Part shown: piece after piece, positions 1-11,255 of the stretch
How positions within the stretch are numbered: position 1 is the stretch's first letter
How the letters are laid out: every line of letters begins with the position of its first letter
From: Welwitschia mirabilis
Lineage: Eukaryota
Length of the DNA stretch: 34,799 nucleotides
Direction: 5' to 3'
NCBI GenBank assembly: GCA_051453625.1
Contig: JBOZIK010000001.1
Location: forward strand, 15,003,593 to 15,038,391
The notes under the pieces: model-generated
What the model saw: the letters and a program-made list of their open reading frames with translations, nothing else
Told to the model about the DNA's origin: nothing
Databases searched by the model: none
Program-made: the position numbers and the translations under genes

Positions 1-580
1 CTATCGACCTTCACTCGGTTACCCTGACATTAATTAGTCAGTCAACCTTATGAGGGTAGATTCTGGGTAGAATGTGGTCACTTATATTTATGTCATTCAG
101 TTGCCCTTGCTTTTAGCACACTTAAGATTCACTGATTATCATGTGGTTGCCCATCCGCAACTTTTCGATTGCCCACTTTGTTATTAAACTAAACTCCATA
201 GATTACAATGTAGTTGACTATGTCTATTTAGCTGTCATTCATGTTTGCCATGGTTCTTATACAAAATCTTAATCTGGGTCACCTAAACAAGTGTTTTTAG
301 TCACCCATTCTTGAACCAGTCTTCTTTATGATGTAACAATTTGGTTTCCTGGTATAATACCCTCAGTCATCCATTTTGCAATCGGTCATTTTATTTATCT
401 ACATTAGTTCAGTCACCTAATGTTTTATGTGTAGTCGCCTGAGTTTGAAGTAGTTTCATAGTTCTTTAATAGGTCAGTCATGTGGTATTAGGAGTCGATC
501 GCCCAATGCTGGAAAATCTTTGCATATTTGACTAACTACAAAAAATCATTAATTTAATCAATGAAAATGGATTCTCAACA
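1..580 (-). repeat. 3' LTR of element 1 (partial)
   Basis: Colinear with 10684-11255 at roughly 75-80% identity by eye. Ends ...GGATTCTCAACA (minus strand TGTTGAGAATCC) directly next to a purine tract. Confidence 0.9.
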
Positions 581-590
581 AACTTCCCCT
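581..590 (-). promoter_or_regulatory. Polypurine tract abutting the 3' LTR
   Basis: Minus strand reads AGGGGAAGTT-TGTTGAG, a degenerate form of the SIRE AGGGGGAGATT-TGTTG junction. Confidence 0.8.
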
Positions 591-835
591 TGTCATTAAT
601 TAAGGAAAAATAACAATAATTTAATATATAGGTTCTTCTCCTAACTCATTTAAATTCAAAATCAATTAAATTTATATGAATTTTGCATGAAAGAAATCTA
701 GTAAAGATCAAAAAGATTTTCATAATAAAAAGACTTCTTTGTATTGCTCAAAAAGTTTGCATTACATCATGAAAGGTGAATTTTTGCTATAAAGCACAAA
801 GAAGTAATAAAAAGTGACAACATGAGTACAAATTA

Positions 836-860
836 TTCTCCCCCTTTTTGATAAAATCAA
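836..860 (-). promoter_or_regulatory. Second, upstream PPT
   Basis: Minus strand reads TTGATTTTATCAAAAAGGGGGAGAA. Multiple PPT copies are a known Sirevirus hallmark. Confidence 0.75.
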
Positions 861-911
861 GGACAGGGAGGACAAAGAAAAACTAGAAAACCAAAAAGAA
901 GACACATAGAC

Positions 912-2500
912 TTAATCAAATTCAAAGAACTCAGAATATTGAGCACCCTCACTTTGAGAGGTATCAGTGATTAGATTACCATTAGCAATGAGTGTCTCCT
1001 TTATGTAATGAGTCTATGTATCAATATGGTGCAATAGATGAAGGATCTCTGGGTTATGAGAGGCCTTGATCTTAGGCCAAGAAGGAGCAATAGGTTCTTT
1101 AAAAATGTGTAAGGTAGCATGATTAATAGGCTTCATGGGCTTCTGAATCTCATGCCTAGCCAGATGAGAAATGTCAAAGTAATGACAAATTCACATGATA
1201 AGGAAGGGATATGGCAAGGCATGCCTTTTGTGAGGCTGAAGCTAGTTGATCATGTTCTTTAGCATGATCCTAGGAGAATCAATGTCTCTTCTCCAGTCCA
1301 GCGCATAAAGTAGGAAGACCTAATAGTTAAAGAGCTTATCTCTATGACCAGCAACTGGAAAAACATTTTATGACATAATGAGATATAATATAAAAAATCT
1401 TGGAAAAAATTGAGAAGCTTTAAGTGTCTTCTTCCAAGTGATATGTGTGCCATAAACATGGTGAGTGGCCACATCCTTTTCCTTAAAATATTTAGTCATA
1501 GGCTAATATTCACCCCACTTTCCTATGGGAAGCCCAGTGAGAAAAGCTATGAGATCTGTAAGGATGTGCATTTCTTAGCCAAAGACTGAAGTAATAAAAG
1601 TAGATTGAGAGGCATCAAATCTAGCATTTAAATAAAACAACCTGGTTACCAGAGAATAGCAGGTGCTAGAGACATGAAGAAAATATCCCCAATTGACCTC
1701 TTCTAGTAAAGTATGGATCTCCATCAGGCTTATAAATTGCATAGGCTTGCAAGTTCTTTCCAGGGCTATGTGGATGGTTTTAAAATGCTTTCCAAAGTGC
1801 CTCATANNNNNNNNNNNNNNNNNNNNNNNNNNNNNNNNNNNNNNNNNNNNNNNNNNNNNNNNNNNNNNNNNNNNNNNNNNNNNNNNNNNNNNNNNNNNNN
1901 NNNNNNNNNNNNNNNNNNNNNNNNNNNNNNNNNNNNNNNNNNNNNNNNNNNNNNNNNNNNNNNNNNNNNNNNNNNNNNNNNNNNNNNNNNNNNNNNNNNN
2001 NNNNNNNNNNNNNNNNNNNNNNNNNNNNNNNNNNNNNNTGTGTGCCACAAAAGTGGTGAGTGGCCACATCCTTTTCCTTAAAATATTTAGTCATAGGCCA
2101 ATATTCACCCCCACTTCCTTATGGGAATCCCAGTGAGAAAAGCTATGAGATCTGCAAGGATGTGCATTTCTTGGTTAAAGACTGAAGTAATAAAAGTAGA
2201 TTGAGAGGCATTAAATCTAGCATTTAAATAAAACAACCTAGTTACCAGAGGATAGTAGGTTCTAGAGACATGAAGAAAATATCCCTAGTTGATCTCTTCT
2301 AGTAAATTATGGATCTTCATCAGGCTTAGAAATTGCACAGGCTTGTAAGTTCTTTCCAGGGCTATGTGGATGGTTTTAAAATGCTTTTCAAAGTGCCTCA
2401 GATGCTTAGTGCTCATCCTGGAGAACACATAACTAGGAGGTTTGACAGTTGCCTCCTTTCTTTTCTTTTTAGATCCCTCTCTTGGCTACTGAGATGCCAT
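912..2500 (-). pseudogene. Env-like extra ORF of element 1, disrupted and with a gap-flanking duplication
   Basis: Manual translation from ATG at 2500: MASQ*PREGSKKKRKE...LEEIN*GYFLHVSRTYYPLVTRLFYLNARF...ITSVF...HILADLIA. Near 1180-1230 it reads HALPYPFLIM*ICHYFDI, and it stops at TAA 914-912. The W..F...YP.LV..FY.N and LPYP.LI..IC motifs recall plant env-like/putative transposon proteins. Confidence 0.7.
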
Positions 2501-2932
2501 TTTAAGCCTAGATCTGAGAGAAAAAGTATGAAAAAAGTGGAAGAGGGCCTCCCAGAAGCTCAAAAAACAACATAAGAAGAAAAGAAAATGAGAAAAAATA
2601 CAAAGAATAGGCAGATTCAAAATTTCATGGCACACCACCTTAAATAACAACGATTGATTATAAGGTCGGTTAACCATGTAAAATTTTTAAAAACTGGAAT
2701 AGTAAGCCAGTAGTTAATCCAAAGACATATGCAGTTGATCCTAATGAGGAGAATCTGATAGTTGAAACCTAATCAAACTCAGTCAACCTAGAATTAAGAT
2801 GAGGTCGATCTGATTTAACTAGAAATGATACTTAAATAGGTCAATTAGAGGAAATTATTCGATCAACCTAGTTGCTATAAGATAGAACAAGAAAAAATGG
2901 GATTAAACTTCTCAACCCAATGGTATGATTGA

Positions 2933-3949
2933 TGTTGCAGTGAATATTTATGCATACTTATATATTTAAATAGATTTTATCATTAATAATCAAAAATAGA
3001 TATTATGCATAATACATCACACTAATATAATGGGAGTAACCCAAAATGTCATATTTGGTTGAAGTCTATCCATAAACAGACTTAGGTTGCTTTTGCAAAA
3101 TAATAGAAATCAAAGTAAAGTGCAATATGCAATCTAAACTAACATGTAATGCAAAGTAATCCTAACCCTACTTGTCTTTCAGTCCTAACAAGAACTGCCC
3201 TTGATAATCTATATCACCCAAGAAATTATCATAAGATCTTGACCAATATTAGACTATAAGATTATAAATAATCCTATAATGCAATAATACAAATATGTAA
3301 AGAAAATAAAGATTTATATTAAAAGAGTAATGTTTATCCGGGTTACAAAATAGCTGGGTCTCAATAAAAGATACTCAACACTCTACCGAGTACTCATCTT
3401 TTTATAACTTATAGAGATGGATCTCCCATTTTTTTCTCTCTTGTTATGAGAANNNNNNNNNNGAAGTAAAGCCTTGTTTATAGGAAAAATACAATAAAAA
3501 TAGATATGTAGAAGATGTAATTACATGCATTTATTTAGTGCTCAAAAATGGATGAAACGGCTTAGAGAATTTATCAGTAATAGTTACAAGTCAGTGTCAT
3601 CTAGGAGGTCATCCAGATGATGTTGGGGATGATAGATTATTACAAAATATCTTAAAAGTGATGATTCAATAGTCGACATAAGCAGTCACTGTCCTATCTA
3701 TCATGTGGACTACAGAGGAGATGATGATCTTCTTTAATGTCTTTCTTGAGAAGAAACTTAGCTATTTTATGATAAAAAGCTCTATTCACTGGAAAGTTCC
3801 TTAAATGCATCAAATTTGAATAATAACTATACTTTTCCAAGATTTCCTCTTGTATCTCTAAAATCCTTAGAATTTCACTAAAACCTATATAAAAGTATTG
3901 CAAACAACTCATAAAACCCATCAAATATCCATAAATTGGTAGTACAATA
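2933..3949 (-). mobile_element. Solo LTR, same family as 20403-21467 in inverse orientation, inserted in the pol-env spacer of element 1
   Basis: Starts TGTTGCAG and ends GTACAATA (terminal CA mutated). Reverse-complement homology to 20403-21467 at both ends and internally. Flanks ATTGA and GTTGG form an imperfect 5-bp TSD. Confidence 0.85.
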
Positions 3950-4109
3950 GTTGGTTGATCTAGTGAAGAGAAAAGTTTAATAGAGAGACAAGCCGTTATC
4001 CCACTTTAAAAAGGAGGTCGATCGGGGTTCAAACTTATATGATAATTAAAAGGTTGAACCCCTTAACTGAACTTTATTATTTAGATGAGGCTGGGTTTAG
4101 CAATTTTTT

Positions 4110-5600
4110 TTAGCCTTGATACCCAAAAAATAATAAAAAGTTGACAAAGATCTGACAATGAAGGTTTCATAAAGATATCAGTTAGTTTATCTTCAGTACA
4201 CACATATTCTAGAGAAATGATTTTTATTTCTACTAATTCTCAAATAAAATGATACCTGATATCAATGTGCTTTGTGCGATTGTGTTCAGTTGTTGCATAG
4301 GATTGGTACTTCTATGATGTTTAGGCAATAATCCTTTAAGGTCTCTTTAATATACAAAGTCTAAGTGCAACATGCTCTAGCAACTATATACTTAGCTTTG
4401 GCTGTAGAAAGAGATATGAAGTATTGTTTCTTNNNNNNNNNNNNNNNNNNNNNNNNNNNNNNNNNNNNNNATACACCACTTGTGCTCTTGTAATCATCTT
4501 TGCATCCAGCACAATCCACATCACTATAACTTATTAATCTTAAGGGATTATTATTTGAAAACCATAAGATAAAGTCTAGAGTACCTTTTACATAGTGAAT
4601 TATTCTCTTTACAATAGTAAGATGTCATTTTTTTTATTTCCTTTTATACCTAGCATACAAACAAATACTAAAAGCTATGTCTAGGTGACTACCTATTAGA
4701 TATAATAGACTTTCAATAATACTATGATATTCCTTTTGATCCACATCCTTACCATTTTTCTTAAGAAAAATTTTAACATTTATGGCCANNNNNNNNNNNN
4801 NNNNNNNNNNNNNNNNNNNNNNNNNNNNNNNNNNNNNNNNNNNNNNNNNNNNNNNNNNNNNNNNNNNNNNNNNNNNNNNNNNNNNNNNNNNNNNNNNNNN
4901 NNNNNNNNNNNNNNNNNNNNNNNNNNNNNNNNNNNNNNNNNNNNNNNNNNNNNNNNNNNNNNNNNNNNNNNNNNNNNNNNNNNNNNNNNNNNNNNNNNNN
5001 NNNNNATTTACATAGATTTGAACCAAAATTAAGTTATTATTCAAAACTTTTCTAAATAAATTTCTATCAATGGAGCCTCTAGAAAAACCATGTTAAAGTA
5101 AGAAGGAAGAAAGCTTTTCATACTAAGCTCTGGGAGCTTGTTTTAATCTATACATGGCCTTTTTTAGTTTATACATATAATCAAGTTTATGAGGATTAAA
5201 AAAACTGTAAGGTTGCTTTACATACACTTCTTCTTTAATGTGTCTATTTAGAAAAGTACTTTTTATAGTCATTTGAAATACTTTTATTTTCTTGTAGAAA
5301 GAAAATCTAGGAACATCCTTATAGAGTATAAATGAGCAATTGGTGAAAAAGTGTCATCACAATCTACTCATTCTATTTGATAGTACCCTTAAGTTACTAG
5401 TCTAGCTTTGTTTTCTGTAATCTCATTTTTCTCATTTACTTTATTTTTGAAAATCCACTTAGTGCCTATGATATTCTCTCTGATTGGTTTTGGAATAAGT
5501 GACCAAACTTGATTTTGAGTGAATTTTTCAAGTTCTTTTTGCATTGCATTAATCCAACTAGGATCAGACTCTGTCTCCTCAAAGGACTTAGGTTCTACTT
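4110..5600 (-). pseudogene. pol: Copia reverse transcriptase and RNase H of element 1 (stops and frameshifts)
   Basis: Motifs QVWSLIPKP...IIGTKWIFKNK...NKARLV, Y.LKQAPRA, EYHSIIESLLYL.GSHLDIAFSICLYARY, SLSTAKAKY and TKHIDIRYHFI...DKLTDIFMKP. Confidence 0.9.
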
Positions 5601-5899
5601 GAGATAATAGAGAGACATGAGCATTAAAATTTTTAAAAAAATTTCTAGTAGAATGCCTTGCTAAACATTTCCAATGATAGATTANNNNNNNNNNNNNNNN
5701 NNNNNNNNNNNNNNNNNNNNNNNNNNNNNNNNNNNNNNNNNNNNNNNNNNNNNNNNNNNNNNNNNNNNNNNNNNNNNNNNNNNNTAGAGGATGATCCTTA
5801 AGTTTCTTAATTTTTGGGATTGCCTTATCTTTTGAGATTTCTTCATTTTAACTAATAGGACAGGAAGGAATTAGTTCTTCATCAAGGTCAATGGATTTC

Positions 5900-7590
5900 A
5901 AGGAATATGAAACATTATGAATTTTTACATTAATAGATTCTTCCATATGTAGAGTTCTTTTGTTAAACACTCTGTAGGATCTACTACATTGAGAATACCC
6001 TAAAAATATTCCTTCATCTGACTTAGAATTGGATTTTGCTAATTCTTCTCTATCTCNNNNNNNNNNNNNNNNNNNNNNNNNNNNNNNNNNNNNNNNNATA
6101 TTTGGCTTCTTTTCTTTTTAGAGCTCATAAGGAGCTTTAGAAGTTCCAGGCCTTCAATATACTCTATTTGAGATATGACAAGTCGTGTTCAATGCTTTAG
6201 TCTAAAATCATTTTGGAATATACTTATCATTTAGCATAACTCTTTTCATATCTAGCATAGTTCGATTTTTCCTTTTAGCTATTCCATTTTGTTGAGGGGT
6301 TTTAGAAGCTGAGAACTCATAGCCAATTCCATTTGAGTTGTAATAAATTTTAAATCTCTCATTTTTAGACTCTCTACCATGATCGCTTCAGATTTTCTTT
6401 ATTATGTACCCCTTTTTTGTTTGAATCTTCTTGCAAATTTTAACGAAATTTTCACAAGCATTAGATTTTACATGAAGAAAAGCTACCCATGAAAATATAG
6501 AAAAGTCATTCATATTAACTAGAGAATATCTTTTTTTGGATAAGCTAGTAATTTGAATAGGTCTAACTAAATCCATATGAATTAAATCTAAAGGTTTACT
6601 AGTTGTGATATCCCTAATCCTTTTATGAGATGTTCTAGTTTTTTTTCCATTTTGACAAGCATCACATAGCCTTTGTTAGAGAAATAGATTTTAGAANNNN
6701 NNNNNNNNNNNNNNNNNNNNNNNNNNNNNNNNNNNNNNNNNNNNNNNNNNNNNNNNNNNNNNNNNNNNNNNNNNNNNNNNNNNNNNNNNNNNNNNNNNNN
6801 NNNNNNNNNNNNNNNNNNNNNNNNNNNNNNNNNNNNNNNNNNNNNNNNNNNNNNNNNNNNNNNNNNNNNNNNNNNNNNNNNNNNNNNNNNNNNNNNNNNN
6901 NNNNNNNNNNNNNNNNNNNNNNNNNNNNNNNNNNNNNNNNNNNNNNNNNNNNNNNNNNNNNNNNNNNNNNNNNNNNNNNNNNNNNNNNNNNNNNNNNNNN
7001 NNNNNNNNNNNNNNNNNNNNNNNNNNNNNNNNNNNNNNNNNNNNNNNNNNNNNNNNNNNNNNNNNNNNNNNNNNNNNNNNNNNNNNNNNNNNNNNNNNNN
7101 NNNNNNNNNNNNNNNNNNNNNNNNNNNNNNNNNNNNNNNNNNNNNNNNNNNNNNNNNNNNNNNNNNNNNNNNNNNNNNNNNNNNNNNNNNNNNNNNNNNN
7201 NNNNNNNNNNNNNNNNNNNNNNNNNNNNNNNNNNNNNNNNNNNNNNNNNNNNNNNNNNNNNNNNNNNNNNNNNNNNNNNNNNNNNNNNNNNNNNNNNNNN
7301 NNNNNNNNNNNNNNNNNNNNNNNNNNNNNNNNNNNNNNNNNNNNNAAAACTGATATTACCTAAACACTGATGCCAAATGATGTCTTCTTGAGTATGAGAA
7401 GATAGACAAGTAGAGTTATTGAATTGATTTACATAATACACATTCTCGTGCCTATTTTCTATAAGTAGTAGTTAATCTATTTTATCATGTTTCATAATAC
7501 ATTTATTTTCATCAAAAAACACTTTATAACCTTTATCACAAATTTGACTAATGCTTAATAAATTATGCTTTAGTCCATTGACAAATAATA
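5900..7590 (-). pseudogene. pol: Copia GAG-pre-integrase and integrase of element 1
   Basis: Motifs GLKHNLLSISQICDKG, IWHQCLGN, HMDLVRP...KKRYSLV..NDFS.FSWVAFL, SDHGRE, TPQQNGIA.RKNRT and KSDEGIFLGYS. Confidence 0.9.
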
Positions 7591-7899
7591 AANNNNNNNN
7601 NNNNNNNNNNNNNNNNNNNNNNNNNNNNNNNNNNNNNNNNNNNNNNNNNNNNNNNNNNNNNNNNNNNNNNNNNNNNNNNNNNNNNNNNNNNNNNNNNNNN
7701 NNNNNNNNNNNNNNNNNNNNNNNNNNNNNNNNNNNNNNNNNNNNNNNNNNNNACTAATAAGAATTATTAGTTACTTTTAAAGCTATTTGGATTAATAGGC
7801 TTTTATTAGTGGATTTTGGAATTCACTTTAGGTGTTTGTTTTTGCTCATATGTTGATTTGATTTTTGGGAAAAAATAAACTTAAAACCAAACATGGAGT

Positions 7900-8889
7900 G
7901 AGGAAACCAAATTTTACTAAAGATACAATCAATCTTAGAATGACTCTTTTTGTTACAATAATGACAGGTAATATTTGCTAAAGAGTCTTTGGAGTTTATC
8001 TTAGATAAAGGTTTGAAGTACAAATATCAATAAGAATTAAACAGGCTATGGTGCGATTTGCTAGAAAATTTTTCTTTAACTGATAGGAGGTTGATTCAAG
8101 ATTACTCTTTAAGTATTTAATTTTCTCTTCTCTAATCTCAAGCTTATCTAAAAGTTTTTTATTTTCTTTTCTAAGATTGTTTACTCCATGAGCTAGATTT
8201 TGACATTTCAAATATAATTCCATTTCTAGATCATTTAGCATATCATTGTAAATAATTGAATCAAAGAGAGAAGAGAAGTATACCTTTTCATTGATAATAC
8301 TCATGAAAGAGATTCCACCATGTTCTGAATCTGAGTTCTATTTACTCTTACTTTCTTCATTATTCCATATTGCTGATAGGACTTTGTTTCCTTTTCTTTT
8401 ATCTTCTTTTCTATTATTGGAAAGACACTTGATGTGTGACCAAAACCTTTACATAAATAACACTGAATTTCATGTAATCCTTCCTATTTTCTTCCTGGTA
8501 GTTTTTCAGATTAACTTCCATCTTGTCGTCTCTACATGAAGGATTTGANNNNNNNNNNNNNNNNNNNNNNNNNNTCATTGGTTTCTGGTTCTTAGTTAGA
8601 TCCATCCTTGACCTTAAGGTTTTCATAAGTGAAAGTTAATGTCATACTTTTCTTCTTTTATTTTCCAAGTTTGAGTTCAAATGTGTAAAGGTTCCCTTAG
8701 AGTTCATCCATCTTTATAATATTTAGATCCTTACTTTCTTCAATGGCAATCACTTTTGATTTAAACCTTTTGGGTAAAGATCTCAATGCTTCGTAAACTA
8801 CTCTTAATTTTTTAATAATTTTACCTAAGCCAAATATAGAATTTACAATATCTATTAGTTTGACAAAGAATTCATTTATACCTTCATCA
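7900..8889 (-). pseudogene. gag: Gag of element 1 (UBN2-type region and two CCHC knuckles); N-terminus lies in the gap
   Basis: DEGINEFFVKLIDIVNSIFGLG...LRSLPKRFKSKVIAIEESKDL, QCYLCKGFGH (~8430-8465) and CHYCNKKSHSKIDC (~7925-7970). Confidence 0.85.
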
Positions 8890-9601
8890 NNNNNNNNNNN
8901 NNNNNNNNNNNNNNNNNNNNNNNNNNNNNNNNNNNNNNNNNNNNNNNNNNNNNNNNNNNNNNNNNNNNNNNNNNNNNNNNNNNNNNNNNNNNNNNNNNNN
9001 NNNNNNNNNNNNNNNNNNNNNNNNNNNNNNNNNNNNNNNNNNNNNNNNNNNNNNNNNNNNNNNNNNNNNNNNNNNNNNNNNNNNNNNNNNNNNNNNNNNN
9101 NNNNNNNNNNNNNNNNNNNNNNNNNNNNNNNNNNNNNNNNNNNNNNNNNNNNNNNNNNNNNNNNNNNNNNNNNNNNNNNNNNNNNNNNNNNNNNNNNNNN
9201 NNNNNNNNNNNNNNNNNNNNNNNNNNNNNNNNNNNNNNNNNNNNNNNNNNNNNNNNNNNNNNNNNNNNNNNNNNNNNNNNNNNNNNNNNNNNNNNNNNNN
9301 NNNNNNNNNNNNNNNNNNNNNNNNNNNNNNNNNNNNNNNNNNNNNNNNNNNNNNNNNNNNNNNNNNNNNNNNNNNNNNNNNNNNNNNNNNNNNNNNNNNN
9401 NNNNNNNNNNNNNNNNNNNNNNNNNNNNNNNNNNNNNNNNNNNNNNNNNNNNNNNNNNNNNNNNNNNNNNNNNNNNNNNNNNNNNNNNNNNNNNNNNNNN
9501 NNNNNNNNNNNNNNNNNNNNNNNNNNNNNNNNNNNNNNNNNNNNNNNNNNNNNNNNNNNNNNNNNNNAACTTCATAGGATTTTATAGCTGATCCTTAACC
9601 A

Positions 9602-11255
9602 TGTAAGAATCCAAAAAAGGAGAATACACAGATGCACTGATTTGCTCTCAAAGGTACAATAATATCTTCTTCAAAGTAGATGCAATGATAAATCCAATTA
9701 GAAATCTAAACTTGAAACTAGTTCAAATATAATGCTAAAAGAATGTAATAGTTCTTATTTTTTCAATCTCTAATCTTACAAGTAAAAAGGTATCTTCCTT
9801 TTAATTAGAAGAGCACTTAAATGCTNNNNNNNNNNNNNNNNNNNNNNNNNNNNNNNNNNNNNNNNNNNNNNNNNNNNNNNNNNNNNNNNNNNNNNNNNNN
9901 NNNNNNNNNNNNNNNNNNNNNNNNNNNNNNNNNNNNNNNNNNNNNNNNNNNNNNNNNNNNNNNNNNNNNNNNNNNNNNNNNNNNNNNNNNNNNNNNNNNN
10001 NNNNNNNNNNNNNNNNNNNNNNNNNNNNNNNNNNNNNNNNNNNNNNNNNNNNNNNNNNNNNNNNNNNNNNNNNNNNNNNNNNNNNNNNNNNNNNNNNNNN
10101 NNNNNNNNNNNNNNNNNNNNNNNNNNNNNNNNNNNNNNNNNNNNNNNNNNNNNNNNNNNNNNNNNNNNNNNNNNNNNNNNNNNNNNNNNNNNNNNNNNNN
10201 NNNNNNNNNNNNNNNNNNNNNNNNNNNNNNNNNNNNNNNNNNNNNNNNNNNNNNNNNNNNNNNNNNNNNNNNNNNNNNNNNNNNNNNNNNNNNNNNNNNN
10301 NNNNNNNNNNNNNNNNNNNNNNNNNNNNNNNNNNNNNNNNNNNNNNNNNNNNNNNNNNNNNNNNNNNNNNNNNNNNNNNNNNNNNNNNNNNNNNNNNNNN
10401 NNNNNNNNNNNNNNNNNNNNNNNNNNNNNNNNNNNNNNNNNNNNNNNNNNNNNNNNNNNNNNNNNNNNNNNNNNNNNNNNNNNNNNNNNNNNNNNNNNNN
10501 NNNNNNNNNNNNNNNNNNNNNNNNNNNNNNNNNNNNNNNNNNNNNNNNNNNNNNNNNNNNNNNNNNNNNNNNNNNNNNNNNNNNNNNNNNNNNNNNNNNN
10601 NNNNNNNNNNNNNNNNNNNNNNNNNNNNNNNNNNNNNNNNNNNNNNNNNNNNNNNNNNNNNNNNNNNNNNNNNNNNNNNNNNNCTTTACTTGGTTGCCCT
10701 GATATTTATTAGTCAGTTGATCTTTTGAGGGTAGATTTTGGGTAGAATGCAGTCACCTATATTTACATTGTTTGGTTGTCATTACTTTTAGTAGACTTAA
10801 GATTTACTGATTGTCATGTGATCACCCATCTGCAACTTGTCAATTGCCTGCTCTGTTATCAGACTGAAATCCACAAATTGCAATTCGGTCATCCATGTCT
10901 ATTTAGCAGTTGCCTATGTTTACCATAGTTCTTACACAAAGGATCAAACTAGGTTACTCAAACATGAGTTTTTGGTTGCCTATTCTTGAACTGATCTTGT
11001 TCATGATGTATTAGCTTAGTCACCCAGTATAATGCACTCAGTCACCCATTCTACTACTGGTTATTTTATCTATATGCATTAGTTCAATCGCTGGATATTC
11101 TATGTATGGTCACCTGAGTCTGAATTAGTTTTATAGTTCTTTAATAAGTCCATCACCTAGTGTTAGGATTCAGTTGCCTAATGCTGAAAAATCTCTACAC
11201 ATTTGATTAACTATTAAAACTAATTAATTTAATCAATGACAATGGGTTCTCAACA
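9602..11255 (-). repeat. 5' LTR of element 1 (contains a gap)
   Basis: The right part aligns to 1-580. Termini TGTAAGAATCC (9602) and GGGTTCTCAACA (11255) form an imperfect inverted repeat. A TGG-starting motif follows on the minus strand at 9601. The left boundary is inferred. Confidence 0.75.

Larger units (their letters stand above)
1..11255 (-). mobile_element. Degenerate Ty1/copia LTR retrotransposon, Sirevirus (SIRE/Maximus)-type, element 1; the 3' LTR continues beyond the left edge
   Basis: Two homologous LTRs (1-580 aligns to 10684-11255). Copia domain order gag-(protease in gap)-integrase-RT-RNase H on the minus strand. Extra ORF between pol and the 3' LTR, two PPT-like tracts and two gag zinc knuckles. 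Confidence 0.9.

Noticed and set aside
2333..2575. Plus-strand 80-aa ORF, and similar antisense ORFs at 8291-8539, 16682-16951, 20239-20475 and 21821-22012
   Set aside because: They lie opposite recognisable retroelement coding sequence and carry no motifs of their own.
3694..3924. Similar short peptides (MGFMS...) at 3924 minus and ~20430 plus, suggesting a conserved small gene
   Set aside because: The similarity follows from the two solo LTRs being homologous DNA, and the frames are not maintained between the copies.
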